64,000 bases of DNA, from the NCBI GenBank assembly GCA_045612805.1, contig JAZKZR010000007.1, forward strand, positions 20,591-84,590. Direction: 5' to 3'. Shown piece after piece: positions 1 to 9,319 of this stretch (positions are counted from its first letter, which is position 1; each line of letters begins with the position of its first letter). This DNA comes from Candidatus Enterousia sp. (GTDB lineage Bacteria; Pseudomonadota; Alphaproteobacteria; Rs-D84). Made by a program: the position numbers and the translations under genes. Under the pieces are notes generated by a model. It saw only the letters and a list, made by a program, of their open reading frames with translations, was not told where the DNA came from and made no database searches.

Positions 1-496
1 GCATTACAATCAATCCAAACGGAAACAGCATTAGTAAAAACGGCACAATATAATTTTTAATCTGGTTCAATTCCACCGAATTCATCCACGCAAAATATCG
101 CGCCAACACCAACACCAGCGCCATTTTGAACGGTTCTGATGGTTGAATATGCATAAACCCAAGGTTTAACCATCGTTGCGCCCCCATACCGGTGTGCCCA
201 ACAAAGGTAACCAATATAATAAGTATTGCCGCAACCGCATAAATTCCATACGCGGATTTTATCCAAAGTTTTATATTCGTAAACGCAGCAAAGAAAAAAA
301 GCCCAAACCCAAGAATTATTTTCATCATTTGTGACAGTGCAAACGGTTTCCATGCCCCCCCACCCGCGGAATAAAGAATAAGTTCGGAAAACACCAACAC
401 CAAACACATCGGAACAAACATGGCCCACGAAAAACGACTAAGTTTTTCTGAAAAACTCATCATATTTGCATTTGAAACACGTGTTTGTCTGCTCAT
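1..496 (-). CDS. rodA: Rod shape-determining protein RodA (runs off the window start; not in ORF track)
   Basis: Manual minus-strand translation from ATG at 496 (ATGA overlap with mrdA stop) gives MSRQTRVSN...GMGAQRWLNLGFMHIQPSEPFK; GAQRW and QPSE are SEDS-family motifs; directly downstream of PBP2. Confidence 0.93.
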   Translation of the reverse strand, partial: MSRQTRVSNANMMSFSEKLSRFSWAMFVPMCLVLVFSELILYSAGGGAWKPFALSQMMKIILGFGLFFFAAFTNIKLWIKSAYGIYAVAAILIILVTFVGHTGMGAQRWLNLGFMHIQPSEPFKMALVLVLARYFAWMNSVELNQIKNYIVPFLLMLFPFGLIVM

Positions 497-2262
497 TTTT
501 TTAATAATTCCTTCATTACACTTGCAACGCTGCGTGCGGCGGAACCACTGGACCCGGAATGTTCGGTTATCACGCATACGGCGTATTTCGGGTTGTTTGT
601 TGGTGCATACCCAACGAAAAGACCATGATTACGCATATGCCATTCAAGTTGTTCATTTGTTAAAACCCCTGATGCGCGTTCGGCCTTGGAAATGCTGCGC
701 ACCTGGGATGTTCCGGTTTTTCCACCCATTTTTGCGCCGTCAACATTTATCGCACTGCCCGCCGCCGTGCCACCTGGCTTTAACACTTCTTCAAGTCCGT
801 TCAGAACATAATCAAGACTCTTTTTTTGCAAACCTAAATTTTCAAATTTTGGCTTTTTATTTGATTTTATAAACCGTGGAATAACGCGTTTGTTTGATGC
901 AACGCGCGCCATCATAACCGCCAATTGCATACAGTTTACCAATGTGAATCCTTGGCCAATACCGGAAATAACCGTGTCACCATGCACCCAATTTACACCC
1001 TTGTTTGTTTCCTTCCATTTCCTATCGGGAATAATTCCGGTCATTTGTTTAGAAATGATATCTTCGATATATTTTTCGGTCATACCCAATCGCACGGCCA
1101 TATGCTTTATCGCGTCAATTCCGATACGCAACGCCATTTGATAGAAATAAATATCGCATGAATGTTTAAGTGCACCAACAACATTGACGTGTCCGTGCCC
1201 CCGATGTTCCCAGCAATGATAACGCCGGTCGCCGTAATCCCAATATCCCGGACAAAAAACGGTTTCGTTCGGTGTTATCGCACCCGATTCCAAACCGGCA
1301 AGTGCAACAACAATTTTAAATGTTGACCCCGGGGGATAAAGTCCTTCGAAAACTTTGTTCATAAATGGTTTTGCAAAATTATTACGCAACCCCGCAATAT
1401 ATTCTTCGGCATCGTCACCCGAAAAGTTATTCGGGTCAAAACTTGGGGTGGATGCCAACGCCAATATATCACCGGTTTCAATATCCAACGCAACCCCACA
1501 CCCCGATTTATAAAGCGTAAGCGAATCATACATCGCGCGTTGTGCGGATATATCAATTGTTGTCTGAATATTTTGACCGGGTACCGGTTGTTCGAATTTT
1601 GTTTTGTCTTCGCCGGTGACACGTCCAACCGCATTTGTTATCATAACTGTTTTTCCGGGAATCCCCGCAAGGCTTTCATTGAAAACTTTTTCTAATCCCG
1701 TGATACCGTGTGTATAAAAAGGGGTGTTTGCAACGGCCTTTTCTGGTGCGCCAACATATCCAAAAATCTGTGCGCCGGCGGGTCCCAATTCATAGTGTCG
1801 CGCAAAACCGTCTTGGATGTGCAACCCAACAAGATTTTTTGCCTGAATCCCCGCAAGAACATTCCAATCTGTATTTTCACTTATCAACACGGGTTGAAAT
1901 TTTGGTTGTTTTTTTATATGTTTCCAAATGTTTTTCACACGTTTTTCTGGTAAATTTAATTCGCGCGCAACGGTATTCACCAAACCTTCTAAATCATCGG
2001 TTTCTTCGGGAATAACGTATAACCTGTAAATCGGCGCGTCGTATGATATTGGTGCGCCACTTCGCGATAAAATTTTTCCACGCTGCGGCATATTTATTTG
2101 AATCCTGGACGAATTATTTTCACTTTTTTGTTTATAATTTTTATAGTTAAAAACCTGCATCTGCAACATTCGCAAAATCAGCACAGATGTAAGAATCGCA
2201 CCACCTGTTAAAAACAATGCGCTTCGCCGGTCAAATTGTTTTGATATTTCGCTGTCAATCAT
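493..2262 (-). CDS. mrdA: Penicillin-binding protein 2 (class B transpeptidase)
   Basis: N-terminal TM, PxRGxI motif, PPGSTFK (SxxK), SCD (SxN-like), GGKTGTSQ (KTG); lies between mreD and rodA. Confidence 0.95.
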   Translation of the reverse strand: MIDSEISKQFDRRSALFLTGGAILTSVLILRMLQMQVFNYKNYKQKSENNSSRIQINMPQRGKILSRSGAPISYDAPIYRLYVIPEETDDLEGLVNTVARELNLPEKRVKNIWKHIKKQPKFQPVLISENTDWNVLAGIQAKNLVGLHIQDGFARHYELGPAGAQIFGYVGAPEKAVANTPFYTHGITGLEKVFNESLAGIPGKTVMITNAVGRVTGEDKTKFEQPVPGQNIQTTIDISAQRAMYDSLTLYKSGCGVALDIETGDILALASTPSFDPNNFSGDDAEEYIAGLRNNFAKPFMNKVFEGLYPPGSTFKIVVALAGLESGAITPNETVFCPGYWDYGDRRYHCWEHRGHGHVNVVGALKHSCDIYFYQMALRIGIDAIKHMAVRLGMTEKYIEDIISKQMTGIIPDRKWKETNKGVNWVHGDTVISGIGQGFTLVNCMQLAVMMARVASNKRVIPRFIKSNKKPKFENLGLQKKSLDYVLNGLEEVLKPGGTAAGSAINVDGAKMGGKTGTSQVRSISKAERASGVLTNEQLEWHMRNHGLFVGYAPTNNPKYAVCVITEHSGSSGSAARSVASVMKELLKK

Positions 2263-2710
2263 TTTGCACCGCCTGAATAGTCACAATTGTTGGAATATAT
2301 AACACACTTGTAATTGCAAACATAATAACCAAATGTAATAAATTTATAAAACCTATGTTTTGCAAAAATATAAATAAGATAATAATTCCCAAAAATGTCA
2401 TAAACGCGTATACGCCGGATTTCTTGGTATGCGTCAAATCAATGGCCGTTTGTAGATTCATAATCATATAACACAGGCAATAATATATCGTCCACATAAA
2501 ATCACTTCCGAACTTATAATCCAACAAAAAACACATAACCAAGGCGAACGGCGCAAAATAACGCACCGGTTTTATAAAAGAGCAATAAAAAATCGGTATA
2601 ATACAAAGCAGCCCCGCCGGATTCACCCACGGACAAGACAACCGCCACAACACAATCGTCAGCAAGAACGGAAAAGCAATTTGTAAATATCTTATAATTT
2701 TTTGCTTCAT
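2255..2710 (-). CDS. mreD: MreD-like membrane protein
   Basis: Multi-TM hydrophobic ORF between mreC and mrdA; start MKQKII at 2710 overlaps the mreC stop (ATGA). Call rests mainly on synteny. Confidence 0.7.
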   Translation of the reverse strand: MKQKIIRYLQIAFPFLLTIVLWRLSCPWVNPAGLLCIIPIFYCSFIKPVRYFAPFALVMCFLLDYKFGSDFMWTIYYCLCYMIMNLQTAIDLTHTKKSGVYAFMTFLGIIILFIFLQNIGFINLLHLVIMFAITSVLYIPTIVTIQAVQND

Positions 2711-3531
2711 TGGTAATCGCCATTTTCCCCGGTAAACTTTAACACAATCACACGCGACACATTCCAAGGCAACGCAACATCAACCTCTGATTCATTTTTC
2801 ATTTCGCCAACATATATTTCTGGGGGTAAAACACCACTTATATTACTGGTCAACAATTTGATGCCCTTTGCGCCTTTGAAACCATGGTCACTAAAAAAAC
2901 CAACCGTCGGTACTGATGACCCGTCCCCGCGCAGGAATCCATGAACTTCGGACCCGGCGATACGAACCGCGATATTTGTTGATGAATCAATCAGTGACCG
3001 CACACGCGCAAAATGCATTCCTGAATCGATAACTGTGCCAACCATTTTATTATCAAAAGAAATAACCACCATACCCGGTTCAACACCATCGGCCGCGCCC
3101 CGATTTATCATAAACGTTTCATGATGTGCCGCGGAATTATCATACATAACATCGGCGATTACGGTTTCATAGTCCGTATTTCTCGCCAGCCCCAATTCGC
3201 GAATAAGTTTTTTGTTTTCAAGAATCGCCACATCGCAATCTGTTTGTTTCGCCAATGCCACGGCAAGTTTTGCACGCAATTCTTCGTTCTCTTCTTCCAA
3301 TACTGAAACGCGATGAATTCGTTTTACTATTTTACCGCCCGCCCGAAAAGGCCAACTTATTGCGTCACCAATCGCATGAAAAACCGGGAAAATGGTATGC
3401 GCGACACCATTTGCAAACTGAAAATTCGGTCTTGCGACAATAATATATATGGCAATCGCCGGAACCAAACACCCGAACCCGATGGCCTTTATAATTGTGC
3501 GCAACCTGGAAGATACTTTCTTGGAACTCAT
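2707..3531 (-). CDS. mreC: Rod shape-determining protein MreC
   Basis: N-terminal TM, coiled coil (LEEENEELRAKL), INRGAADGVEPGMVV and GVLPPEIYVG motifs. Confidence 0.9.
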   Translation of the reverse strand: MSSKKVSSRLRTIIKAIGFGCLVPAIAIYIIVARPNFQFANGVAHTIFPVFHAIGDAISWPFRAGGKIVKRIHRVSVLEEENEELRAKLAVALAKQTDCDVAILENKKLIRELGLARNTDYETVIADVMYDNSAAHHETFMINRGAADGVEPGMVVISFDNKMVGTVIDSGMHFARVRSLIDSSTNIAVRIAGSEVHGFLRGDGSSVPTVGFFSDHGFKGAKGIKLLTSNISGVLPPEIYVGEMKNESEVDVALPWNVSRVIVLKFTGENGDYQ

Positions 3532-3670
3532 TTCGGGGCAAGTTTAAACAGAAAAAAATTATTATTCAATAAAAACTTGATTTTTGCAGAAATTGTGTCA
3601 TAATTCCACGGCAAACGGTCCGAAATGGCAAAGGCATTGCCATAAGGATATATAAACAAAAGAGGTAAAA

Positions 3671-3874
3671 ATGCCAAAATTAAAAACAAAGTCATACTTG
3701 AAAAAGCGTGCAAGAATGACCGCGACCGGTAAAATCAACGTTCGCCGGAACGCCCACAAGAAACTTTTGCGTAAAAAATCTGCGCGTGCAAATAACGCCG
3801 GGTCAAAACCGCAATATCTGAACGAAAACATGGTGGCTCAGGCTAAAATCCTGGCGCCGTATGGTTTGAAATAA
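3671..3874 (+). CDS. rpmI: 50S ribosomal protein L35
   Basis: MPKLKTKS..KKR.R.TATGK; RBS GAGG; precedes rplT. Confidence 0.97.
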   Translation: MPKLKTKSYLKKRARMTATGKINVRRNAHKKLLRKKSARANNAGSKPQYLNENMVAQAKILAPYGLK

Positions 3875-3889
3875 AATAAGGGGGCGAAA

Positions 3890-4255
3890 ATGGCAAGGGT
3901 AAAACGTGGAACAACGGTTCGTCAAAAACACAATAAAATTCTTGACCGTGCCAAGGGATTTCTTGGCCGGCACAGCAGCACATACCGTGCCGCGCGTGAA
4001 AAATCAGAAAAGGCGGGTCAGTATGCATACCGCGACCGTCGCACCAAAAAGCGCGATTTTCGGTCACTGTGGATTGTTCGTATCAATGCGGCGGTGCGTC
4101 CGTCTGGAATTACATATAGCCAGTTTATGAACGGCCTGCACAAGGCGGGAATTGAACTTGACCGCAAGGTTTTGGCGGAAATGGCGTATATGGGTGATGC
4201 GAATTTCGCAAAACTGATTGAAACCGCAAAACGATTTATTGCCGGGGATAAATAA
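3890..4255 (+). CDS. rplT: 50S ribosomal protein L20
   Basis: [37 protein letters not shown]. Confidence 0.98.
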   Translation: MARVKRGTTVRQKHNKILDRAKGFLGRHSSTYRAAREKSEKAGQYAYRDRRTKKRDFRSLWIVRINAAVRPSGITYSQFMNGLHKAGIELDRKVLAEMAYMGDANFAKLIETAKRFIAGDK

Positions 4256-4291
4256 AAAACCCTTGGCGGCGAATTGTTTTTATTCTAAGAT

Positions 4292-4320
4292 TATGGGGCC
4301 GCAACCGCGACCCCATATTT
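4292..4320 (+). terminator. Hairpin between rplT and pheS (terminator or pheS leader structure)
   Basis: TATGGGG-c-CGC-aacc-GCG-a-CCCCATA followed by TTT; a possible promoter TTGGCG-17-TAAGAT lies just upstream. Confidence 0.45.
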
Positions 4321-4337
4321 ATTAAAAGGTAAATATC

Positions 4338-5288
4338 ATGCTAAAAGAACAAATTAAAAATACCAAAACATTAAATGAATTACAGGAACTGTATGCGTCC
4401 GTGTTTGGTAAAAATGGCACAATGACCGCAAAATTGCGCGAAATGAAGAATTTGGATAATGATGCGCGGGCGGAATTAAACCGTGAAAATACCGAATTGC
4501 GTGAATTGTTCAAATCGCGTCAGACGGAAATCGAAACGGCGGAATTAAACGCCGCACTTGCCACACAAAAACTTGATGTGACATTGGACGCGGAACCGGA
4601 AAACCGCGGAACAATTCACCCATTGACCAAGGCATTATCGGAAATATCCGAAATTTTGGAATCTTTTGGTTATACGCGTCATACGGGCCCGGAAATCGAA
4701 GACGATTGGCATAATTTTACCGCGCTAAACACACCCGAATATCACCCCGCCCGTGATATGCAGGATACATTTTTCTTGAACAATGGCAACGTTATGCGCA
4801 CCCAAACATCGGCAATTCAAATTCGTGCGATGGAATCCGAAGGCGTGCCGATTAAAATGTTCGCGACCGGTTCAACATATCGCAAAGAAATGGACGCGAC
4901 CCACGGCCCAATGTTTGGTCAAATCGAAGGACTTTATATAGATAAAAATGTCACACTTTCCGATTTAATCGGTGATATCCGCGCGTTTTTTAAGCGTTTC
5001 TTTGGACTTAGTAATGTTGAATTACGTATTCGGCCATCGTATTTTCCTTTCACCGACCCCAGTATAGAGGTTGATATGAAATGGAACGGCGACCGTTGGT
5101 TGGAAATGATGGGCGCGGGTATGGTTCATCCAAATGTTTTGCGTAATTGTGGCATCGACCCCGATAAGTATCAAGGATTTGCATTTGGTTTTGGTCTTGA
5201 CCGACTTGCGATGTTGAAATATAACCTGCCGGATTTGCGCGATTTGTATGGCAATGATGTTCGTTGGCTAAAAACATGTGGTTTTTAA
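4338..5288 (+). CDS. pheS: Phenylalanine--tRNA ligase alpha subunit
   Basis: HPARDMQDTF, RTQTSAIQIR, FGQIEGL, RPSYFPFTDPS, GFAFGFGLDRLAML. Confidence 0.98.
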   Translation: MLKEQIKNTKTLNELQELYASVFGKNGTMTAKLREMKNLDNDARAELNRENTELRELFKSRQTEIETAELNAALATQKLDVTLDAEPENRGTIHPLTKALSEISEILESFGYTRHTGPEIEDDWHNFTALNTPEYHPARDMQDTFFLNNGNVMRTQTSAIQIRAMESEGVPIKMFATGSTYRKEMDATHGPMFGQIEGLYIDKNVTLSDLIGDIRAFFKRFFGLSNVELRIRPSYFPFTDPSIEVDMKWNGDRWLEMMGAGMVHPNVLRNCGIDPDKYQGFAFGFGLDRLAMLKYNLPDLRDLYGNDVRWLKTCGF

Positions 5289-5304
5289 TAAAAAGGTGTG
5301 AAAA

Positions 5305-7611
5305 ATGAAATGGACTTTTGATTGGTTAAAAGAATACCTAAATACAAATTTATCCGCCACGGAAATCGCGGACAAACTGACACACATCGGGCTAGAGGTT
5401 GAAGATTTATCCGCCCCCCTGCCCCCGATTGCGGCGCGTGTTGTGGAATGCAAACCACATGAAAACAGCGACCATTTGCATGTTCTTATGGTTGATGACG
5501 GCGGCAATGATTTGCGCCAGGTTGTCTGTGGCGCGCCAAATGTGCGTGTTGGTATGATATCCGCACTTGCACGGCCGGGTTGTGTAATCCAAGGCCACGA
5601 AATCCAAAGCGGTAAATTGCGCGGTGTTGTGTCCGACGGCATGATGTGCAGTGGCCGCGAACTTGGCATAAACGATGACCACAGTGGTATTATCGAATTG
5701 CCGGATGATACAAAAATCGGTACACCTGTTGTCGATTGCCCAACGGTCTTTGACGCGGGTATAACACCGAACCGTCCCGATTATTTGGCGGTGCGCGGTG
5801 TTGCGCGTGACCTGTCCGCGGCGGGCGCGGGCGAATATATCGAACCGCATGACGACGGGTTCGCGGTGTCCGGCAAGGCACGCGGTGTAAACCTAAAAAC
5901 CGATAAATGTCGCGCATATAAACTTGCAGAAATTCATAATATAAAAATGTCACCCAGTTCGGCAAAGATTGCGTCGCGCCTGCGTGCAATTGGGATAAAC
6001 CCAAAGAACGCGCCGATCGATGCAACAAACTATATTTGCTATGACATGGCGCAACCAATGCATTGTTTTGATGCGGATGAAATTGTTGGTAATATCACGG
6101 TGCGCATGGCAACGGATGGCGAAGAATTTACAGATTTATTCGGAACAAAACACGAATTAAAAAATACCGATATTGTTGTTGCCGATGACGCGGGGGTCCT
6201 TGCACTGGCCGGTGTTGTTGGTGGCGCACGCGGTTGTACATCTGATAAAACAAAAAATATAATTTTGGAAAGTGCGTACTTTGACCCGGTGTGTATCCGT
6301 AAAACATCAAAGCGGCTGTCGATGTCAACCGACGCATCGTATCGTTATGAACGTGGCATTGACCCAACAATAACCGGTCCGGCACTAATGTCCGCCGTAA
6401 AGATAATTACGGATGTATGCGGTGGCGATATTGTCGGTTTTTCCGCCGCCGGAACGGACACACCAACAAACCCCGAAATTGAATTTTTGCCCGAAACATT
6501 TGTTCAAAAAACCGGGATTGAAATGTCCGCTGATGAAATGAAAGATATTTTAACAAAACTTGGCTATACGGGAAATTTTGCCGGAAAGAAATGGAAAGTG
6601 ACCGCGCCCAATTCGCGCACGGATGTTAAAATTCCGGAAACAATAGTCGCAGATTTAATTCGTATTTATGGATACGATAAAATTGCACAAAACGACACGC
6701 ACACCACGGGTGACGCGGTGCGTGGCGATAATTTTGAATTGCACACAAAGCAAAAACTTGCCGCACGTGGGTTGAATGAATGCCGTTCGTATGGTTTTGG
6801 TAATTCGCGTGTTGAAAAGATTTTATCCAACAAACCGTCTGTATGCGTTGCAAATCCTATTATTGCGGACTTTGATACGGCGCGGAATTCGTTGCTTGGA
6901 ATTTTATTGAACGCGGTTTTGGAAAATGAAAAACGCGGATATCCTGATTTGAATCTGTTTGAAATGGGAACGGTTTTCGACGGCGATATGCCGGGCGAAC
7001 AACATACCGAAATTTGTATTGTTCGCACCGGCGCAACATCGCCAAAACATTGGCAAAAACGTAATCGCGCCGTTGATATATACGATGTCAAGGCCGACAT
7101 TGTTTCGCTGTTAAACGGTCAAAACTTTACGATAGATACCGAAAATCTACCGCTTTGGGCGCACCCATATCGTTATGGTCGAATAATGCAGGGTAAAAAG
7201 GTTTTGGCGGAATTCGGCGAATTGCATCCGTCGGTTGCGCGCGCGTTAAAGATAAAAACAAATGTTGTTATCGGTATTATCGGCGATATAGAAAACCTGC
7301 CGCGTCGGGTTTTGCCACATGGGCCAATTGTTATGGGCGATTTTCAACCAATAACGCGTGACTTTGCGTTTGTTGTGCCATCTGATTTTCCGGCTGACCG
7401 GTTGGTTGCGGCGGCACGATATGCAACAAACCCGATATCAAGTGCGGTTGTGTTTGATTCGTTTGAAATGCCGGATGGTAAAAAGTCCGTTGCTTTCACA
7501 ATTACATTTACACCGCGCGAAAAAATGTCGGAATCTGATTTGGCCGGGTTGCATGCCGATATAATTGCGGCGGTTGAAAAGAAATGTCCCGCCCATGTGC
7601 GTGATAAATAA
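5305..7611 (+). CDS. pheT: Phenylalanine--tRNA ligase beta subunit
   Basis: VVCGAPNV, GMMCSGRELG, ITPNRPDYL, DASYRYERGID, TRDFAFVV. Confidence 0.97.
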   Translation: MKWTFDWLKEYLNTNLSATEIADKLTHIGLEVEDLSAPLPPIAARVVECKPHENSDHLHVLMVDDGGNDLRQVVCGAPNVRVGMISALARPGCVIQGHEIQSGKLRGVVSDGMMCSGRELGINDDHSGIIELPDDTKIGTPVVDCPTVFDAGITPNRPDYLAVRGVARDLSAAGAGEYIEPHDDGFAVSGKARGVNLKTDKCRAYKLAEIHNIKMSPSSAKIASRLRAIGINPKNAPIDATNYICYDMAQPMHCFDADEIVGNITVRMATDGEEFTDLFGTKHELKNTDIVVADDAGVLALAGVVGGARGCTSDKTKNIILESAYFDPVCIRKTSKRLSMSTDASYRYERGIDPTITGPALMSAVKIITDVCGGDIVGFSAAGTDTPTNPEIEFLPETFVQKTGIEMSADEMKDILTKLGYTGNFAGKKWKVTAPNSRTDVKIPETIVADLIRIYGYDKIAQNDTHTTGDAVRGDNFELHTKQKLAARGLNECRSYGFGNSRVEKILSNKPSVCVANPIIADFDTARNSLLGILLNAVLENEKRGYPDLNLFEMGTVFDGDMPGEQHTEICIVRTGATSPKHWQKRNRAVDIYDVKADIVSLLNGQNFTIDTENLPLWAHPYRYGRIMQGKKVLAEFGELHPSVARALKIKTNVVIGIIGDIENLPRRVLPHGPIVMGDFQPITRDFAFVVPSDFPADRLVAAARYATNPISSAVVFDSFEMPDGKKSVAFTITFTPREKMSESDLAGLHADIIAAVEKKCPAHVRDK

Positions 7612-7641
7612 TACCGGTGTTTTTGAACATTTTCATCATTT

Positions 7642-7664
7642 AGGCCGGCATCGCCGGCTTTTTT
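7642..7664 (+). terminator. Intrinsic terminator after pheT
   Basis: GCCGGC-atc-GCCGGC followed by TTTTTT. Confidence 0.7.
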
Positions 7665-7761
7665 GTAAAAAAATTGTAAAAAAGCCGGGAAACATACCCG
7701 CAAAAAATTGTTTAAAAAAAATTAGAAACCGGTTATACTAATACCAAACAAAGGGGGAAAC

Positions 7762-8226
7762 ATGATAGCAATCTTGGTCGAATCCAAAAATGGGTATATG
7801 GCAAAAGGTCCAAACGATAATATGTCGTGGGCACCGGTGCTGGATAAACAGATATTCCGACTGCTTACAACCACCAATAAGGTGTGTATATGTTCAAAAC
7901 ATACTTATACTCTGTTGCCACAAAAGATGTTGTCTGACCCCGCACGAGAGTTTATTGTGGCAGAAAAAGTTGGCAGTAAATCATTGCCAGCGTTGAACAT
8001 CGTACATCCAAACGCACACTTAATTGGTGGCCCAGAATTCTTGAAGTCGGCTTATAATTTGTCCGTGATTGATACGATTATAATTAGCACAACTAAAACC
8101 CCGATTGAACCGAATGAACGGTATAAAAATCCGTTTAATGGGAATTTACCCAATCCAATTACGACAATAAATTTTGGTGAATTGACGGTTAAAATGTATA
8201 AAACCCAACATGGGAAAGAAAAATAA
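7762..8226 (+). CDS. Divergent dihydrofolate reductase-like protein
   Basis: MIAILVESKNGYMAKG..DNMSW....DKQIFRLLT matches the DHFR N-terminus including the acidic substrate-binding Asp; LIGGPEF matches the IGG loop; GRKT is replaced by SKHT. Confidence 0.7.
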   Translation: MIAILVESKNGYMAKGPNDNMSWAPVLDKQIFRLLTTTNKVCICSKHTYTLLPQKMLSDPAREFIVAEKVGSKSLPALNIVHPNAHLIGGPEFLKSAYNLSVIDTIIISTTKTPIEPNERYKNPFNGNLPNPITTINFGELTVKMYKTQHGKEK

Positions 8227-8282
8227 ACACGGAAAACACTTGAAAATCAAAATATTGTCATGTAAAGTATGTGTCACGGAAC

Positions 8283-8358
8283 GCCGGTGTAGCTCAGTTG
8301 GTAGAGCATCTCATTCGTAATGAGGGGGTCGTAAGTTCGAGTCTTATCACCGGCACCA
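8283..8358 (+). tRNA. tRNA-Thr(CGT)
   Basis: GCCGGTG acceptor stem, D arm AGCTCAGTTGGTAGAGC, anticodon loop TT-CGT-AA, T loop GTTCGAG, encoded ACCA. Confidence 0.97.
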
Positions 8359-8360
8359 CC

Positions 8361-8404
8361 AAAAATTGTTATCGCGCACAATAAAGTGCGCGATTAAAAT
8401 TTTT
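8361..8404 (+). terminator. tRNA-Thr terminator hairpin
   Basis: ATCGCGCAC-aataaa-GTGCGCGAT with A-rich and T-rich flanks. Confidence 0.7.
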
Positions 8405-8410
8405 GAGTGC

Positions 8411-8470
8411 CTCGCCGTAGCATTGGTCGCAACCAAAGAAAAAAACTTCACACTTATCGGCGAAGGCGGG
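8411..8470. repeat. Palindromic repeat copy A, interrupted by a 34 nt insert
   Basis: CTCGCCGTAGCATTGG (8411-8426) and CGAAGGCGGG (8461-8470) rejoin into a palindrome like the copies at 20697 and 54091. Confidence 0.6.
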
Positions 8471-8504
8471 CTGTAGCAAATTGTTACCGCGCACAAAACA
8501 TTAA

Positions 8505-9113
8505 TTACCTAAGTTTTGTTTTCATCAATTCATACTGTCCATGTGCAATTTCCGCCAAATAATCCGAAAGTTCCGGTGAAATTTTGCAAATTGGTTTCTG
8601 TGTGCCGTCCGGCATTTTTTTTGAAATATACCCATTCCCGCGCATACCACCGCACCACTTTGTTCCGGCGGGCGAAAATTGAATAACAGTGTCACCAAAT
8701 TCACACGATGCCGGCGCCAGCGGTTGATGTTCTGTTTTTTCAAAATAAGAAACGGTAAGCACAGGGGCAAACTCTAACTTTGCAACAATGTCGCCAATTT
8801 GTTTTTTATCTATTTCGGGTTGCACATTAATGGGCATGGTATATGAATTGTCATATTTTTGTTTGCGCCATTCGTTGTATGTCCAGGCCCGATTAAAAAA
8901 ATAATCAGGCAACACATGCACTTTGTTTTTCATAAAAACATTGGTATGTTTTCTTATGCGTTTGCCAAGTTCAAGTGGTTCGTCTATTTTTCGTGGGTCG
9001 GCAATTTCGCATCGTACTTTTTGTAATGCATAGACGGGCGCCCAAATCGCAACGAACGGCTTTAACAACCGACCCATAAAATACGCAAGATTTTCAATTT
9101 TTTCATCTTTCAT
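8505..9113 (-). CDS. Hypothetical protein (ORFan-like, about 202 aa)
   Basis: Start MKDEKIENL at 9113 with AAGGA RBS; the longer ORF-track start overlaps ileS and its leader and is rejected. Confidence 0.75.
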   Translation of the reverse strand: MKDEKIENLAYFMGRLLKPFVAIWAPVYALQKVRCEIADPRKIDEPLELGKRIRKHTNVFMKNKVHVLPDYFFNRAWTYNEWRKQKYDNSYTMPINVQPEIDKKQIGDIVAKLEFAPVLTVSYFEKTEHQPLAPASCEFGDTVIQFSPAGTKWCGGMRGNGYISKKMPDGTQKPICKISPELSDYLAEIAHGQYELMKTKLR

Positions 9114-9168
9114 GCTGAAATCCTTTTTTGTTGATTTTATATTAAATATACGGTTTGTCAAAAAATAC

Positions 9169-9197
9169 TTGAAATATTGTATTTTGTATAATAAACT
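9169..9197 (+). promoter_or_regulatory. Candidate sigma70 promoter of the ileS leader
   Basis: TTGAAA (9169-9174), 17 nt spacer, TAAACT (9192-9197); predicted start near 9204-9205, at the leader ATG. Confidence 0.55.
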
Positions 9198-9204
9198 ACT
9201 GCGC

Positions 9205-9240
9205 ATGATGAACAAAAAAACAATCATTATTATAAGATAA
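9205..9240 (+). CDS. Ile-rich attenuator leader peptide MMNKKTIIIIR
   Basis: ATG ATG AAC AAA AAA ACA ATC ATT ATT ATA AGA TAA; four tandem Ile codons about 85 nt upstream of the ileS start. Confidence 0.85.
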   Translation: MMNKKTIIIIR

Positions 9241-9291
9241 TCTGGCCTTGCGCTTTGGCGATGGCCCGGGCGCAGATGCGCCCGTTTTTTT
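9241..9291 (+). promoter_or_regulatory. ileS attenuator (antiterminator plus terminator)
   Basis: Terminator CGGGCGC-agat-GCGCCCG-T7 (9267-9291); TTGCGCTT (9248-9255) can pair with GGGCGCAG (9268-9275), the terminator 5' arm. Confidence 0.82.
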
Positions 9292-9319
9292 ATGATAATT
9301 GCAAATAATGGAGTAAAAA

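Noticed and set aside
57-872. ORF-track entries 57..428 and 420..872
   Set aside because: Off-frame or antisense to rodA and mrdA; the real gene is rodA starting at 496
3604-3670. L20-binding autoregulatory leader before rpmI
   Set aside because: A hairpin ATGGCAA/TTGCCAT is present, but I could not build the three-way junction or pseudoknot needed to support the call
4256-4337. Phe-codon leader peptide (pheM-like) upstream of pheS
   Set aside because: Only TTG TTT TTA TTC TAA, with no credible RBS. It overlaps a likely promoter spacer (TTGGCG-17-TAAGAT), and no alternative pairing for the hairpin is visible.
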